Source: an uncultured Gammaproteobacteria bacterium
GTDB lineage: Bacteria; Patescibacteriota; Patescibacteriia; Patescibacteriales; UBA12465
Reading direction: 5' to 3'
DNA: 57,306 bases
Assembly: GCA_964517555.1 (NCBI GenBank)
Contig: CAZFEF010000003.1
Span: forward strand, 1-57,306
The translations under genes were made by a program, and so were the position numbers. The notes under the pieces were generated by a model. It saw nothing but the letters and a program-made list of their open reading frames with translations, made no database searches and was not told the origin of the DNA. Positions 27,892-37,404 of this stretch are shown one piece after another. Each line of letters begins with the position of its first letter. Positions within the stretch are counted from its first letter, which is position 1.

Positions 27892-28506
27892 TTAGATCCA
27901 CGACTTGAAAGGAATTTTTGTCTTTAATCTGTGTCTAATAAGGGGAACGGTGATTGTGACCGCCATTAAAAACATATAGACAGGCAATGAGTAATTCGCA
28001 ATATTATGCTCTTTTACAGAAAATATAGCTAAGCCGTAACCGATAGCGAATACAAACCACATAAATGGTCTATCCTCTCCAGGATTTTTTAAAACCCAAA
28101 TAGCAGTTGGTATCGCCGCAAAAGTATCAGCGATGATGGCTATGTATAAAGCATATTGTGAATAGTTCGGATTTCCCAACCAGCACCACCATAAGATCAT
28201 GGAGGTGAGACTAAGAAAAACGCAAAAATACTCTATTGCGCTGAACCTTATCTTTTCTCCTTTTCTCCAAATAGCCAGTAGGGTAATAATCAAAGGATTT
28301 GTGAAGCCGAATATCGCCGGCCAGATATTATCTTCCGCCCCAACATTTCGGTAATTAAGCAAGAGGGATAAACCTATAAACGACCATAATGACCATCCGA
28401 TTATATTGGGCTTTATTTTCCTTTGAAATACGCGCCAGGCATAAGGAACTGCACTTAGCAAAACCAGCATACCTGAAATTTTTCCAATAATTTCCGTAGC
28501 GTCCAT
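27892..28506 (-). CDS. Seven-helix membrane protein with an internal duplication (PQ-loop/SWEET/PnuC-like architecture, function unknown)
   Basis: 204 aa. Two related segments, SAVPYAWRVFQRKIKP and AAIPTAIWVLKNPGED, each follow a first helix, suggesting a 3+1+3 repeat topology. Confidence 0.6.
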   Translation of the reverse strand: MDATEIIGKISGMLVLLSAVPYAWRVFQRKIKPNIIGWSLWSFIGLSLLLNYRNVGAEDNIWPAIFGFTNPLIITLLAIWRKGEKIRFSAIEYFCVFLSLTSMILWWCWLGNPNYSQYALYIAIIADTFAAIPTAIWVLKNPGEDRPFMWFVFAIGYGLAIFSVKEHNIANYSLPVYMFLMAVTITVPLIRHRLKTKIPFKSWI

Positions 28507-28600
28507 TTCTATTTATTTTTTGTGAATGAATATTTAATTTTTAAAGAATAATAGTAGCGGCATAACTTAAATTATGCCTGTTTTAGGTTAATAATTATTT

Positions 28601-28629
28601 ATAATATCACGATTATGTTAAAAAGTCAA
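28601..28629 (-). promoter_or_regulatory. Promoter for the 27892..28506 membrane protein gene
   Basis: On the minus strand: TTGACT, 17-nt spacer, TGA-TATTAT (extended -10). The roughly 88-nt leader contains hairpin GGCATAA-cttaaa-TTATGCC (28559-28578). Confidence 0.5.
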
Positions 28630-28639
28630 GGTTTTTTAA

Positions 28640-28880
28640 AAAGAATAAAGCAGCCTTATGGTGGGGGCTGCTTTTTTATCCCGTAGGTGGAGGGGGAGAT
28701 TTTTGGTGCCGCAAGTAATATGGTCTGGCTCTCATCCCTCCTGGGCCTTACTTAGTGATCAATTCTACCCGTTGATCGTTTTGCGATCGTCAGTCCTGAC
28801 CCCCTGGGATTTCTACCTCGGCAACGCTCATTTTTTTTGTCTCTGCATGGACTGAGCGGTTACGGCAATGGTAGTTTATG
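28640..28880 (-). ncRNA. Unassigned structured small RNA (about 240 nt) with its own promoter and intrinsic terminator
   Basis: A consensus promoter sits directly upstream and the terminator GCAGCC-(10 nt)-GGCTGC plus TTTATTCTTTTT sits at the 3' end. Several internal helices are possible (CGCTCA/TGAGCG, TGCCGTAA/TTGCGGCA, GGAGGG/CCCTCC). No credible ORF. Confidence 0.55.
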
Positions 28881-28886
28881 ACTGAT

Positions 28887-28914
28887 ATTATAACACATAT
28901 TAAATATTTGTCAA
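28887..28914 (-). promoter_or_regulatory. Near-consensus sigma70 promoter driving the ncRNA locus
   Basis: On the minus strand: TTGACA (28914-28909), 16-nt spacer, TGT-TATAAT (28892-28887). Confidence 0.65.
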
Positions 28915-28952
28915 GAGGGAAGAGGGGTTACGCTACCAGAGTTTAAAAATGC

Positions 28953-28981
28953 TTGACTTCATTGGGGGTTTTTGTTAAAGT
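28953..28981 (+). promoter_or_regulatory. Promoter for the rpsL-rpsG-fusA operon
   Basis: TTGACT, 17-nt spacer, TGT-TAAAGT. Divergent from the ncRNA promoter. Confidence 0.5.
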
Positions 28982-29072
28982 AAGGGGCAGGTAAAACAAC
29001 CTGATTTACAGGCAAAACTAATATATTTTTAATTAAAGCGAATTATAGCTGATTCGCCGTTTTAATTTCATT

Positions 29073-29492
29073 ATGCCAACTATTAACCAATTGGTACGTA
29101 AAGGGCGAGGAGAAAAGAAAAAAAGAACCAAAACCTTAGTTTTACGCACTCGTTTTGATTCTTTGCATCGCCGCAAAAAAGTGGATAAAAAGGGCTCGCC
29201 GTTTAAACAGGGGGTCTGTTTGAAGGTTACTACCATGACTCCGAAAAAGCCGAACTCCGCTTTGCGCAAAATCGCCAGGGTGAAATTATCCAACGGCATG
29301 GAAGTTACCGCTTATATTCCTGGTATCGGCCATAATTTGCAGGAACACTCCATTGTCCTGCTGAAAGGTGGAAAAACCAAGGATCTACCGGGTTTACGCT
29401 ACAAGGTCATCCGTGGTGTTTATGATACCCAGGGAGTGGAGTCTCGTCGCCAGGGCCGTAGCCGCTATGGCAACAAGCGTCCGAAAAAATAA
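29073..29492 (+). CDS. rpsL: Ribosomal protein uS12
   Basis: [23 protein letters not shown] and [17 protein letters not shown] motifs. Carries a roughly 15-aa basic insertion near the N-terminus relative to E. coli S12. Confidence 0.96.
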   Translation: MPTINQLVRKGRGEKKKRTKTLVLRTRFDSLHRRKKVDKKGSPFKQGVCLKVTTMTPKKPNSALRKIARVKLSNGMEVTAYIPGIGHNLQEHSIVLLKGGKTKDLPGLRYKVIRGVYDTQGVESRRQGRSRYGNKRPKK

Positions 29493-29555
29493 TTATAATT
29501 TTATTTAATTGCGATTTCAGTTGCTTATAGCTGAGTACCTGGAATCATATAATTT

Positions 29556-30023
29556 ATGCGTGGAAAAGCCGCCCCTATCAGAAAAATTGAAGGGGATCTA
29601 AAATACAGTGATCCGAGTGTTGCCAAGCTCATCAATTATTTGATGAAGGATGGCAAGAAGGCTGTAGCTCAAAAAATCATCTATAGCGCTTTTAATATTA
29701 TCAAAGACAAGACCAAGCAAGACCCGCGCCATATTTTCAATAAGGCGATCAAGCGGATTTCTCCTTTGGTGGAAGTTAGAAGCAAGCGTGTTGGTGGCGC
29801 TAACTATCAGGTTCCGGTTCAAGTTCGCGGTGAAAGACGTTATTACCTGGCTTGCTACTGGTTGATTAATGCCGCTCATGAACGTCGGGGCAAATCAATG
29901 GAAGAGAAGTTGGCAGCTGAAATTCTCGATGCTTCAAACGGCGAAGGCAACGCTATCAAGAAACGTGAAGCTGTTCATCGCATGGCTGAAGCCAACAAGG
30001 CTTTCGCTCATTTCTCTCGTTAA
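29556..30023 (+). CDS. rpsG: Ribosomal protein uS7
   Basis: VEVRSKRVGGANYQVPVQVRGERR motif. Confidence 0.96.
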   Translation: MRGKAAPIRKIEGDLKYSDPSVAKLINYLMKDGKKAVAQKIIYSAFNIIKDKTKQDPRHIFNKAIKRISPLVEVRSKRVGGANYQVPVQVRGERRYYLACYWLINAAHERRGKSMEEKLAAEILDASNGEGNAIKKREAVHRMAEANKAFAHFSR

Positions 30024-30049
30024 TTATTCAATAATTTTTCTATAATTTT

Positions 30050-32128
30050 ATGGCCCGAGATTTTTCTCTTGATAAGATTAGAAATATAGGTATCATGGCT
30101 CACATTGATGCTGGTAAAACTACTTTCACTGAAAGAGTTTTATTCTATACCGGCAAGAAGCATAAGATCGGTGAGGTGCATGAAGGTGCCGCCGAAATGG
30201 ATTGGATGGAACAGGAAAAAGAGAGAGGAATCACCATTACCTCCGCCGCTACTACTTGCTTTTGGCGGGATAATAAGATCAATATCATTGATACCCCGGG
30301 TCACGTAGATTTTACCGTAGAAGTAGAACGCTCTTTGCGGGTTCTAGACGGCGCTATTGCTGTCTTTGATGGTCAGGCTGGTGTGGAACCGCAATCAGAA
30401 ACTGTTTGGCGCCAAGCTGATAAATATCAGGTCCCAAGATTATGTTTCATCAACAAGATGGACAAAATGGGGGCTGATTTTTATATGAGCTTAAATTCTA
30501 TTCAAACTCGCTTGAATTCTAAGGCTTTTGCTATTCAACTTCCGATTGGAGCTGAATCTAATTTGCGTGGCGTGGTGGATCTTTTGGAGATGAAAGCCTA
30601 TCAATTTGAAGGTAATTTCGGCGAAAAGATTGTAGAAATTCCGATTCCGGAAGAAATGAAGGCCGATGTTGATAAATATCGAGCGGTAGCTGTCGAAAAG
30701 ATCGTAGAGTTTAATGATTCCTTGACTGAAAAATATTTAAACGGCGAGGAGATTAGTTTAGAAGAATTGCGAGTAGCTTTGCGCAAGGGGGTGATTAGCA
30801 ATGGTTGTTATCCAGTTTTATGCGGTACTGTCTTACAAAATATCGGCGTGCAAATGGCCCTAGACGCTGTTTGTGATTATTTGCCTTCACCTTTAGATAT
30901 TGCTGAAATTGAAGCGACTGATACTCGTGATGAAGAAAAGAAATTCATTGTTAAAGCTGATGATAGTTCTTCTTTCGTTGGCTTGGCTTTTAAAATTGCT
31001 ACCGATCCTTTTGTCGGCAAGCTTTGTTTCGTCCGCGTCTATCAAGGAGTTTTGCAATCCGGTTCTTATATTATCAACGCCTCCACTGGCAATAAAGAAA
31101 GAGTGGGACGCTTGGTGCGAATGCACGCTAATCATCGAGAAGAAATCAAAGAGATTTATTCCGGTGATATCGCCGCGGTTATCGGCTTGAAAGACACCAC
31201 TACCGGCAATACTTTATGCGATGAAGCTAAGCCGATGCTTTTAGAATCTATCAAGTTTCCGGAACCGGTTATCAAAATTGCCGTGGAGCCTAAGACTAAA
31301 GCTGACCAAGAGAAAATGGGTGTGGCCTTGGCTCGTTTAGCTGAAGAAGATCCGACTTTCAGAGTAGAAACCGATGAAGAATCTGGTCAGACCTTGATCT
31401 CTGGTATGGGTGAACTGCACTTGGATATTATCGTTGATCGCATGAAAAGAGAGTTTGGTGTTGAAGCTAATATTGGCAAACCGCAAGTTTCATATCGAGA
31501 AACTATTCGTGATAAGGCTGAAGCTCAGGGAAAATATGTTAAGCAGTCAGGTGGTCGCGGTCAATATGGTGATTGCTGGCTCAGAGTTGAACCCCAGGAA
31601 GAAGGGAAGGGCTATGAATTCGTTGATGAGGTTAAAGGTGGCGTAGTGCCGCGAGAATATATTCCAGCAATTGAAAAAGGTGTTCGCGAAGCTATGACTT
31701 CCGGTGTTTTGGCTGGTTATCCAATGGTGGATGTCAGGGTGGCAGTTTTTGATGGCTCTTACCACGAAGTTGATTCTTCGGAAGCAGCCTTTAAAATGGC
31801 TGGTATTTTCGCTTTTAAAGATGCTTGCCAGAAAGCTAAACCGGTGATGTTAGAGCCGGTGATGAAAGTGGAAGTGACTACTCCGGAAGAATATATGGGT
31901 AACATTATTGGCGATCTAAATGCTAAACGTGGTCAAATTGATGAAATGAGCGATCGGGCCAATATCAAAGTAGTGAGAGCTAAGGTGCCGTTGGCTGAAA
32001 TGTTTGGTTATGCTACTTCTTTGCGCTCTATGAGCCAAGGTCGAGCTAACTACAGCATGGAATTTTTACATTACAGTGAAGTGCCGCGCAATATTTTAGA
32101 GCAGATCAAGGAGAAGGGGGCTAAATAA
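30050..32128 (+). CDS. fusA: Elongation factor G
   Basis: [22 protein letters not shown] and NKMD GTPase motifs, with full five-domain length. Confidence 0.97.
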   Translation: MARDFSLDKIRNIGIMAHIDAGKTTFTERVLFYTGKKHKIGEVHEGAAEMDWMEQEKERGITITSAATTCFWRDNKINIIDTPGHVDFTVEVERSLRVLDGAIAVFDGQAGVEPQSETVWRQADKYQVPRLCFINKMDKMGADFYMSLNSIQTRLNSKAFAIQLPIGAESNLRGVVDLLEMKAYQFEGNFGEKIVEIPIPEEMKADVDKYRAVAVEKIVEFNDSLTEKYLNGEEISLEELRVALRKGVISNGCYPVLCGTVLQNIGVQMALDAVCDYLPSPLDIAEIEATDTRDEEKKFIVKADDSSSFVGLAFKIATDPFVGKLCFVRVYQGVLQSGSYIINASTGNKERVGRLVRMHANHREEIKEIYSGDIAAVIGLKDTTTGNTLCDEAKPMLLESIKFPEPVIKIAVEPKTKADQEKMGVALARLAEEDPTFRVETDEESGQTLISGMGELHLDIIVDRMKREFGVEANIGKPQVSYRETIRDKAEAQGKYVKQSGGRGQYGDCWLRVEPQEEGKGYEFVDEVKGGVVPREYIPAIEKGVREAMTSGVLAGYPMVDVRVAVFDGSYHEVDSSEAAFKMAGIFAFKDACQKAKPVMLEPVMKVEVTTPEEYMGNIIGDLNAKRGQIDEMSDRANIKVVRAKVPLAEMFGYATSLRSMSQGRANYSMEFLHYSEVPRNILEQIKEKGAK

Positions 32129-32146
32129 AGTTAATTTTATTCGCTT

Positions 32147-32506
32147 ATGTCGGATAGATTACAAAAAGTGCTAAAATTAGCCAAGAAGACTGGGGACAGG
32201 ATAGTGGTTTTTGATAATTCAGTGCCTGATGCCAGTTTTGTGGTTATGCCCTTAGAGGAATATGAGGATTTGTTAGCTCCGGCAGTGGAAAACTCTTCCT
32301 TGACAGAGGTTAATATTGCTGATAAAATAGAGCAAGTGAATGAAAAACCCAGTAATAACGGGGTTAGTCAAGGTTTTCCCAAAGAAAACATTTATTCTAG
32401 TGCCCAAGTTTTAAAACACCGATTTAAAAGCAATAACTGGCAGATACCAAAAGAAGTGAAGGAAGTGGCCAGTGAAATTGAAGATGAAAATATTAATAAG
32501 AATTAA
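32147..32506 (+). CDS. Hypothetical protein inserted between fusA and tuf
   Basis: 119-aa ORF. The N-terminal segment GDRIVVFDNSVPDASFVVMPLEEYEDLL resembles a Phd/YefM-type antitoxin fold, and the rest is low complexity. Confidence 0.5.
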   Translation: MSDRLQKVLKLAKKTGDRIVVFDNSVPDASFVVMPLEEYEDLLAPAVENSSLTEVNIADKIEQVNEKPSNNGVSQGFPKENIYSSAQVLKHRFKSNNWQIPKEVKEVASEIEDENINKN

Positions 32507-32584
32507 AAATAATTAACGATAACGACTGGTTGTCTTTATAGGCAAATAACTCTTTAGAAATTAAAGAGGTCGTTAATAAAAAAC

Positions 32585-33772
32585 ATGGCAGAAGTTTTTC
32601 AAAGAACTAAACCCCATGTCAACGTTGGTACTATTGGCCACGTTGATCATGGTAAAACTACCTTAACCGCCGCTATTTTAAGTGTGGCTGCTGCTCAAGG
32701 TATGAAAGCTACTAAGAAAGGCGTTGATGACATTGATAATGCTCCAGAAGAGAAGCAAAGAGGTATTACTATCGCTACTTCTCATCAGGAATATGAAACT
32801 GCTACTCGTCATTATGCTCACGTTGACTGTCCTGGACACGCTGATTATGTCAAGAACATGATCACCGGTGCCGCTCAAATGGACGGTGCTATTTTGGTAG
32901 TAGCTGCTACTGATGGTCCTATGCCTCAGACTCGCGAACACATTTTGTTGGCTCGTCAGGTAGGTGTGCCGTATATCGTTGTTTTCTTGAACAAGTGCGA
33001 TATGGTTGAGGACAAAGAGTTGATCGACTTAGTAGAAGAAGAAATCCGCGACCTATTGAAGAAATGGGAATTCCCGGGTGACACTACTCCGATCATTCGC
33101 GGTTCTGCTCTAAAAGTTCTAGAGAACCCGGCCGGTCCTGATGCTCAACCGATTGTTGACCTATTGAAGGCCTTGGATGAATTTATCCCAGAGCCAAAAC
33201 GTGAAATTGAAAAGCCATTCTTGATGCCGGTAGAAGATATCTTCTCTATCGAAGGCCGCGGTACCGTGGTCACTGGTAGAATCGAAAGAGGCCAGATCAA
33301 GGTGGGCGAAGAAGTCGAGATCGTTGGTTTAATGGATACCAAGAAAACCACTGTGATCGGCGTTGAAATGTTTAACAAGCAGTTAGAAAGCGGTATGGCT
33401 GGTGATAACGCTGGATTACTTATCCGCGGCACCAAGAAGGATGAAGTAGAACGCGGTCAGGTTTTAGCCAAGCCGGGTTCTGTTTCTCCTCATACTGATT
33501 TCGAAGCTGAAGTCTATATTTTGGGCAAGGATGAAGGCGGTCGTCATAAACCTTTCTTTAAGGGTTATAAGCCGCAATTCTATATCCGTACCACTGATGT
33601 TACCGGTGAGATCGAATTACCGGCTGGCACCGAGATGGTAATGCCTGGCGACACTGTTAATTTGACCATCAAATTGATCGCTCCGATCGCTTTGGAGGAA
33701 AAACAGAGATTCGCTATCCGCGAAGGCGGCCGCACTGTTGGTGCTGGTGTCGTCACTAAGATTATCAAGTAA
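32585..33772 (+). CDS. tuf: Elongation factor Tu
   Basis: [21 protein letters not shown] and NKCD motifs. Confidence 0.98.
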   Translation: MAEVFQRTKPHVNVGTIGHVDHGKTTLTAAILSVAAAQGMKATKKGVDDIDNAPEEKQRGITIATSHQEYETATRHYAHVDCPGHADYVKNMITGAAQMDGAILVVAATDGPMPQTREHILLARQVGVPYIVVFLNKCDMVEDKELIDLVEEEIRDLLKKWEFPGDTTPIIRGSALKVLENPAGPDAQPIVDLLKALDEFIPEPKREIEKPFLMPVEDIFSIEGRGTVVTGRIERGQIKVGEEVEIVGLMDTKKTTVIGVEMFNKQLESGMAGDNAGLLIRGTKKDEVERGQVLAKPGSVSPHTDFEAEVYILGKDEGGRHKPFFKGYKPQFYIRTTDVTGEIELPAGTEMVMPGDTVNLTIKLIAPIALEEKQRFAIREGGRTVGAGVVTKIIK

Positions 33773-33832
33773 TCACTTAGGCTCGCTCTATATAGGGCGA
33801 GCTTGTAGTGTTTATTTAAAGCACATTATACT

Positions 33833-34177
33833 ATGGCAGAGACTAAAAAAACCAAAGAAAAAGAAGGCGAAAAACAAAGAATCCGTATCAAGATCAAGGC
33901 TTTTGATCATAAGATTATCGATCAATCGACTAAGACTATTATGGAAACTGCCCAACGGACCGACGCTCAGATTTTCGGACCGATCCCGCTACCGACCGAG
34001 AAACGGAAATATACCGTTAATCGTTCCACTTTTGTCCACAAGGACGCTCGGGATCAATATGAAATGCGAGTGCACAAGCGTTTGATTGATATCGTTGACC
34101 CTAACCAGAAGACGATTGAAGATTTGACCAACTTGAGTCTGCCGGCCGGTGTTGACTTGGAGATTAAAATGCAGTAA
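33833..34177 (+). CDS. rpsJ: Ribosomal protein uS10
   Basis: [18 protein letters not shown]...FGPIPLPT motif. Confidence 0.96.
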   Translation: MAETKKTKEKEGEKQRIRIKIKAFDHKIIDQSTKTIMETAQRTDAQIFGPIPLPTEKRKYTVNRSTFVHKDARDQYEMRVHKRLIDIVDPNQKTIEDLTNLSLPAGVDLEIKMQ

Positions 34178-34352
34178 ATTGTATTCGTTGAAATTTTTTA
34201 GACTTTTTTGCTCGGTTAAAGTAATTCTCTTGGGAAAATGCTTTAAGCGAAATAAAAAGTTTTAGAGGAGGTAAACCTAAATTACTATAATCAAATAACA
34301 TTAGCGCCGATCATTGTGCGACGGCCATTGTTTTGAGTAATTGTAATTTTAG

Positions 34353-34380
34353 CTGGTTTACTCGACCAGTTTTTATTTTT
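34353..34380 (+). terminator. Terminator-like hairpin immediately upstream of rplC (possible attenuator)
   Basis: CTGGT-ttactcg-ACCAG followed by TTTTTATTTTT, 14 nt before the rplC ATG. Confidence 0.45.
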
Positions 34381-34393
34381 CAAATTTTCTGTT

Positions 34394-35170
34394 ATGAAAT
34401 TTATTTTAGGAAACAAATCAAATATGACCCAAGTTTGGGTAAACGACAAGGTGATCGGCGTTACTCCGATTCAAGCCGGTCCTTGCGTGATTACTCAGAT
34501 TAAAACTAAGGATAACGATGGTTATCAAGCTTTGCAGTTGGGTTTTGGTTTCCGCAAGGAAAAGAATATCCGCAAACCGCAATTGGGCCATCTCCTGAAG
34601 AGTGCCGCTAAGAATGTTCGCCATTTGCGTGAATTTACCGTTGAATCTTTGCCAGAGGTTAAATTGGGCGACGTAGTCAAAGTTGATACCTTTGCTGTTG
34701 GTGATATTGTTGCAGTTACTGGAGTTTCTAAAGGAAAAGGTTTTCAGGGCGTAGTTAAACGTCATGGCTTCCATGGTTTTAGAAAGACTCATGGCAACAA
34801 GGATCAAGAGAGACATTCTGGTTCAGTGGGACCTAAGGGCCCGGCCCATGTTTTTAAAGGAACTCGAATGGGTGGTCATATGGGCGACGCTCAGGTGACT
34901 ACCACTAATTTAGAAGTAATTTCCATCGATACTGACAACAATATTTTATATCTTAAAGGAGCCGTGCCGGGTAGCGTCAACTCTTTGATCATGATTAAAG
35001 GCGCCGGCGATTTAAAGATTGCTCAACCTGAAACCACTCCAGTGGTAGAAGTCAAGGAAGAGGTTGTTGTTACCGAAGCGGAAGCCCCAGTTGTTGAGGC
35101 CGAAGAACAGCCAACCGAGCCAGTAGCTAACCCTGAGGCCGAAGCTGAGACTGAAAATAAAACTGCTTAA
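34394..35170 (+). CDS. rplC: Ribosomal protein uL3 with an acidic C-terminal tail
   Basis: GVTPIQAGPC and KGKGFQGVVKRHGF motifs. The tail is PVVEVKEEVVVTEAEAPVVEAEEQPTEPVANPEAEAETENKTA. Confidence 0.95.
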   Translation: MKFILGNKSNMTQVWVNDKVIGVTPIQAGPCVITQIKTKDNDGYQALQLGFGFRKEKNIRKPQLGHLLKSAAKNVRHLREFTVESLPEVKLGDVVKVDTFAVGDIVAVTGVSKGKGFQGVVKRHGFHGFRKTHGNKDQERHSGSVGPKGPAHVFKGTRMGGHMGDAQVTTTNLEVISIDTDNNILYLKGAVPGSVNSLIMIKGAGDLKIAQPETTPVVEVKEEVVVTEAEAPVVEAEEQPTEPVANPEAEAETENKTA

Positions 35171-35174
35171 TTTT

Positions 35175-35825
35175 ATGTCTATTAAGACCAATTTATACAA
35201 TTTTCAAGCTGAAGCCGTGGGTAATATTGAATTATCCGACAAAGTTTTTGGCGTGACTTTCAATAATGATTTAGTGCACCAAGCCATGGTTTGCCAGTCG
35301 AACAACGAACGTCAGGTTTTGGCTCATACCAAAACTAAGTCCGAAGTCCGGGGTGGCGGCAAGAAGCCGTGGCGACAAAAGGGAACTGGACGAGCTCGTT
35401 CCGGGTCCAGCCGCTCTCCTTTATGGATTGGCGGTGGTATCACTTTTGGTCCGCGCAAAGATCGTAATTTTAAACAGAATATCAACCAGAAGATGAAGCA
35501 GAAGGCGCTACTAATGGTCCTATCCGACAAGGCTAAAAATAATAGTTTGGCAATTTTGGAGAATTTAGAGATGAAAGAATTTAAAACCAGGACTATTAAC
35601 AGCCTGATTAAGGCTTTAGAAACTAAGGTCTGGCAGAATTCACGTCGCAGTGTTTTGTTGATTAATGATGACAGATCTGAGACTCTGAAATATTCTTCCC
35701 GCAATTTAGCCGATGTGGAAATTATCAATTTGGAAAATATCAATATTTTAGACTTGCTTCATTTCCGTAACTTAGTCATCAGTCAATCAGGCTTGAAAAA
35801 ATTGGAGCAAATTTATTCTAAATAA
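35175..35825 (+). CDS. rplD: Ribosomal protein uL4
   Basis: GGGKKPWRQKGTGRARSGSSRSPLW motif. Confidence 0.96.
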   Translation: MSIKTNLYNFQAEAVGNIELSDKVFGVTFNNDLVHQAMVCQSNNERQVLAHTKTKSEVRGGGKKPWRQKGTGRARSGSSRSPLWIGGGITFGPRKDRNFKQNINQKMKQKALLMVLSDKAKNNSLAILENLEMKEFKTRTINSLIKALETKVWQNSRRSVLLINDDRSETLKYSSRNLADVEIINLENINILDLLHFRNLVISQSGLKKLEQIYSK

Positions 35826-35830
35826 TCTTT

Positions 35831-36256
35831 ATGGCATCAATATTTAATAAAAAAACTAAAGACGATTCTCAGGTTAAAAAAGTTCAGGCTGACAAGTCAG
35901 AATCGACCATGAAAGATTTATATTCTGCTGAAAAGAGCGCCAAGACTCCGGTAGCCAAGAAAAAATTGGGTACCAGAGCTGATCAGATTCTGTTGAAGCC
36001 GGTAGTAACCGAAAAGGCAACTAATCTAAGCTCTAGAAATCAATATGTTTTCTTGGTAGCCAAAGGAGCTAATAAGATTGAAGTCGCTAAAGCCATTACC
36101 GCTGTTTATGGTGTTAAACCTTTAAGTGTTAATATGGTTAATATTAAGGGCAAGAAAGTTTATCGCGGTCGAACTGTCGGAGTCAGAAAAGATATTCGCA
36201 AAGCGATTGTTACTTTAGCTAAAAATGATAGTATTCAAATTTACGAAGGCGTTTAA
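35831..36256 (+). CDS. rplW: Ribosomal protein uL23 with an N-terminal extension
   Basis: ILLKPVVTEKAT...VFLVAKGANKIEVAKAI core, preceded by about 40 extra residues. Confidence 0.93.
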   Translation: MASIFNKKTKDDSQVKKVQADKSESTMKDLYSAEKSAKTPVAKKKLGTRADQILLKPVVTEKATNLSSRNQYVFLVAKGANKIEVAKAITAVYGVKPLSVNMVNIKGKKVYRGRTVGVRKDIRKAIVTLAKNDSIQIYEGV

Positions 36257-36268
36257 TGAATTATTAAT

Positions 36269-37105
36269 ATGGGTATCAAAAAGGTAAAACCAACTACTCC
36301 TGGACGACGCGAAATCACTTTCGATGATTTTGCTGATGTCACTAAGAAGAAACCGGAGAAAGCTTTGGTAATTATCAAAAAGAAAAATAGTGGCCGCAAC
36401 GCTCAAGGTAAGATCACCGTTCGTCATCGCGGCGGCGGTGTTAAGCGCTATATTCGTTTAGTTGATTATAAGCGAGATAAGTTTGGCGTGCCGGCAGTGG
36501 TTAAAGCAATTGAGCATGACCCTAATCGTGGCGCTCGTTTGGCCTTATTGCATTATGTTGATGGTGCTAAGAGTTATATCATCGCTCCAGTAGGATTGAA
36601 GGTGGGTGATACCATTTTAAGCTCTAAAGAATTGATTGAGATAAAGACTGGCAATGCTATGCCGGTAAAATATCTTCCGGCTGGCGTGGCTGTTTATAAT
36701 ATTGAATTGGAACCGGGCCAGGGCGGGAAAATTGCTCGGGGCGCTGGTAACGTTGTTTATGTCATGGGTGTGGAAGGAAAATATGCCCAATTAAAGATGC
36801 CTTCCGGAGAAATCCGTTTAGTTAAGAAAGATTGTTTATGTACCGTTGGTCAGGTTAGCAATCCCGACAAGATGCATATTGTTATCGGTTTTGCCGGGCG
36901 CAATCGTCGTCTCGGTATTCGCCCGACCGTTCGTGGTACTGCTATGAATCCTAAGGACCATCCTCATGGTGGTGGTGAAGGCAAGCAGTCAATCGGTTTG
37001 AAATATCCGAAAACTCTATGGGGTAAGCACGCCTTAGGGGTTAAGACCAGAAAACTAAAACGCTCTAATCGTTTGATTGTTAAGCGGCGTTCTAGAAATA
37101 AATAA
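36269..37105 (+). CDS. rplB: Ribosomal protein uL2
   Basis: HRGGGVKRYIRLVD and NPKDHPHGGGEGK motifs. Confidence 0.97.
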   Translation: MGIKKVKPTTPGRREITFDDFADVTKKKPEKALVIIKKKNSGRNAQGKITVRHRGGGVKRYIRLVDYKRDKFGVPAVVKAIEHDPNRGARLALLHYVDGAKSYIIAPVGLKVGDTILSSKELIEIKTGNAMPVKYLPAGVAVYNIELEPGQGGKIARGAGNVVYVMGVEGKYAQLKMPSGEIRLVKKDCLCTVGQVSNPDKMHIVIGFAGRNRRLGIRPTVRGTAMNPKDHPHGGGEGKQSIGLKYPKTLWGKHALGVKTRKLKRSNRLIVKRRSRNK

Positions 37106-37116
37106 TATTTATTCAT

Positions 37117-37395
37117 ATGGCGAGAAGCTTAAAAAAAGGACCATACGTTAATGAAAGATTGATCAAGAAATTGCAGGCTTTGACTCCGGGCGATAAAACC
37201 GTGGTCAAGACTTGGGATAGATCTTGCACTGTCACTCCGGAAATGGTTAACTACACTATCGGCGTTCACAACGGCAAACAGCATGTGCCGGTATATATTG
37301 TCGAAAATATGATCGGTCATCGCTTGGGCGAATTCTCCCATACTCGGAAATTTGTTTCCCATGGCGGCAAGATGGCCAAAGAACAGAAAAAATAA
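37117..37395 (+). CDS. rpsS: Ribosomal protein uS19
   Basis: ARSLKKGPYV and HNGKQHVPVYI motifs. Confidence 0.97.
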   Translation: MARSLKKGPYVNERLIKKLQALTPGDKTVVKTWDRSCTVTPEMVNYTIGVHNGKQHVPVYIVENMIGHRLGEFSHTRKFVSHGGKMAKEQKK

Positions 37396-37404
37396 TCATA
37401 TCAT

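Noticed and set aside
28658-28855. 65-aa plus-strand ORF in the gap before rpsL
   Set aside because: It has no promoter or favourable start context. Its composition is odd (Trp/Arg/Ser/Pro-rich). It lies exactly antisense to a unit that has a consensus promoter and a terminator. It is better explained as non-coding.
28640-28880. Possible tmRNA, RNase P RNA or SRP RNA
   Set aside because: Neither strand has a T-arm (GGTTCGAATCC-like) or a tRNA-like acceptor, so tmRNA is excluded. AGTCCATGC resembles the RNase P P4 strand, but the partner ACA-AA---GGCTTA element is absent and 240 nt is too short. GGTCAGG resembles the SRP domain IV start, but the GGAA tetraloop and AGCAGCC side are missing. 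The class is left unassigned.
33738-34085. 115-aa plus-strand ORF overlapping the tuf end and rpsJ
   Set aside because: It is in an alternative frame to the verified uS10 gene. The basic low-complexity translation is a frame artefact.
34418-34816. Long antisense ORFs inside r-protein genes (also 35324..35743, 41374..41748, 42737..43018 and 33145..33435)
   Set aside because: They lie opposite highly conserved, motif-verified genes. Their low-complexity Ser/Leu/Ile-rich translations are typical of shadow ORFs.
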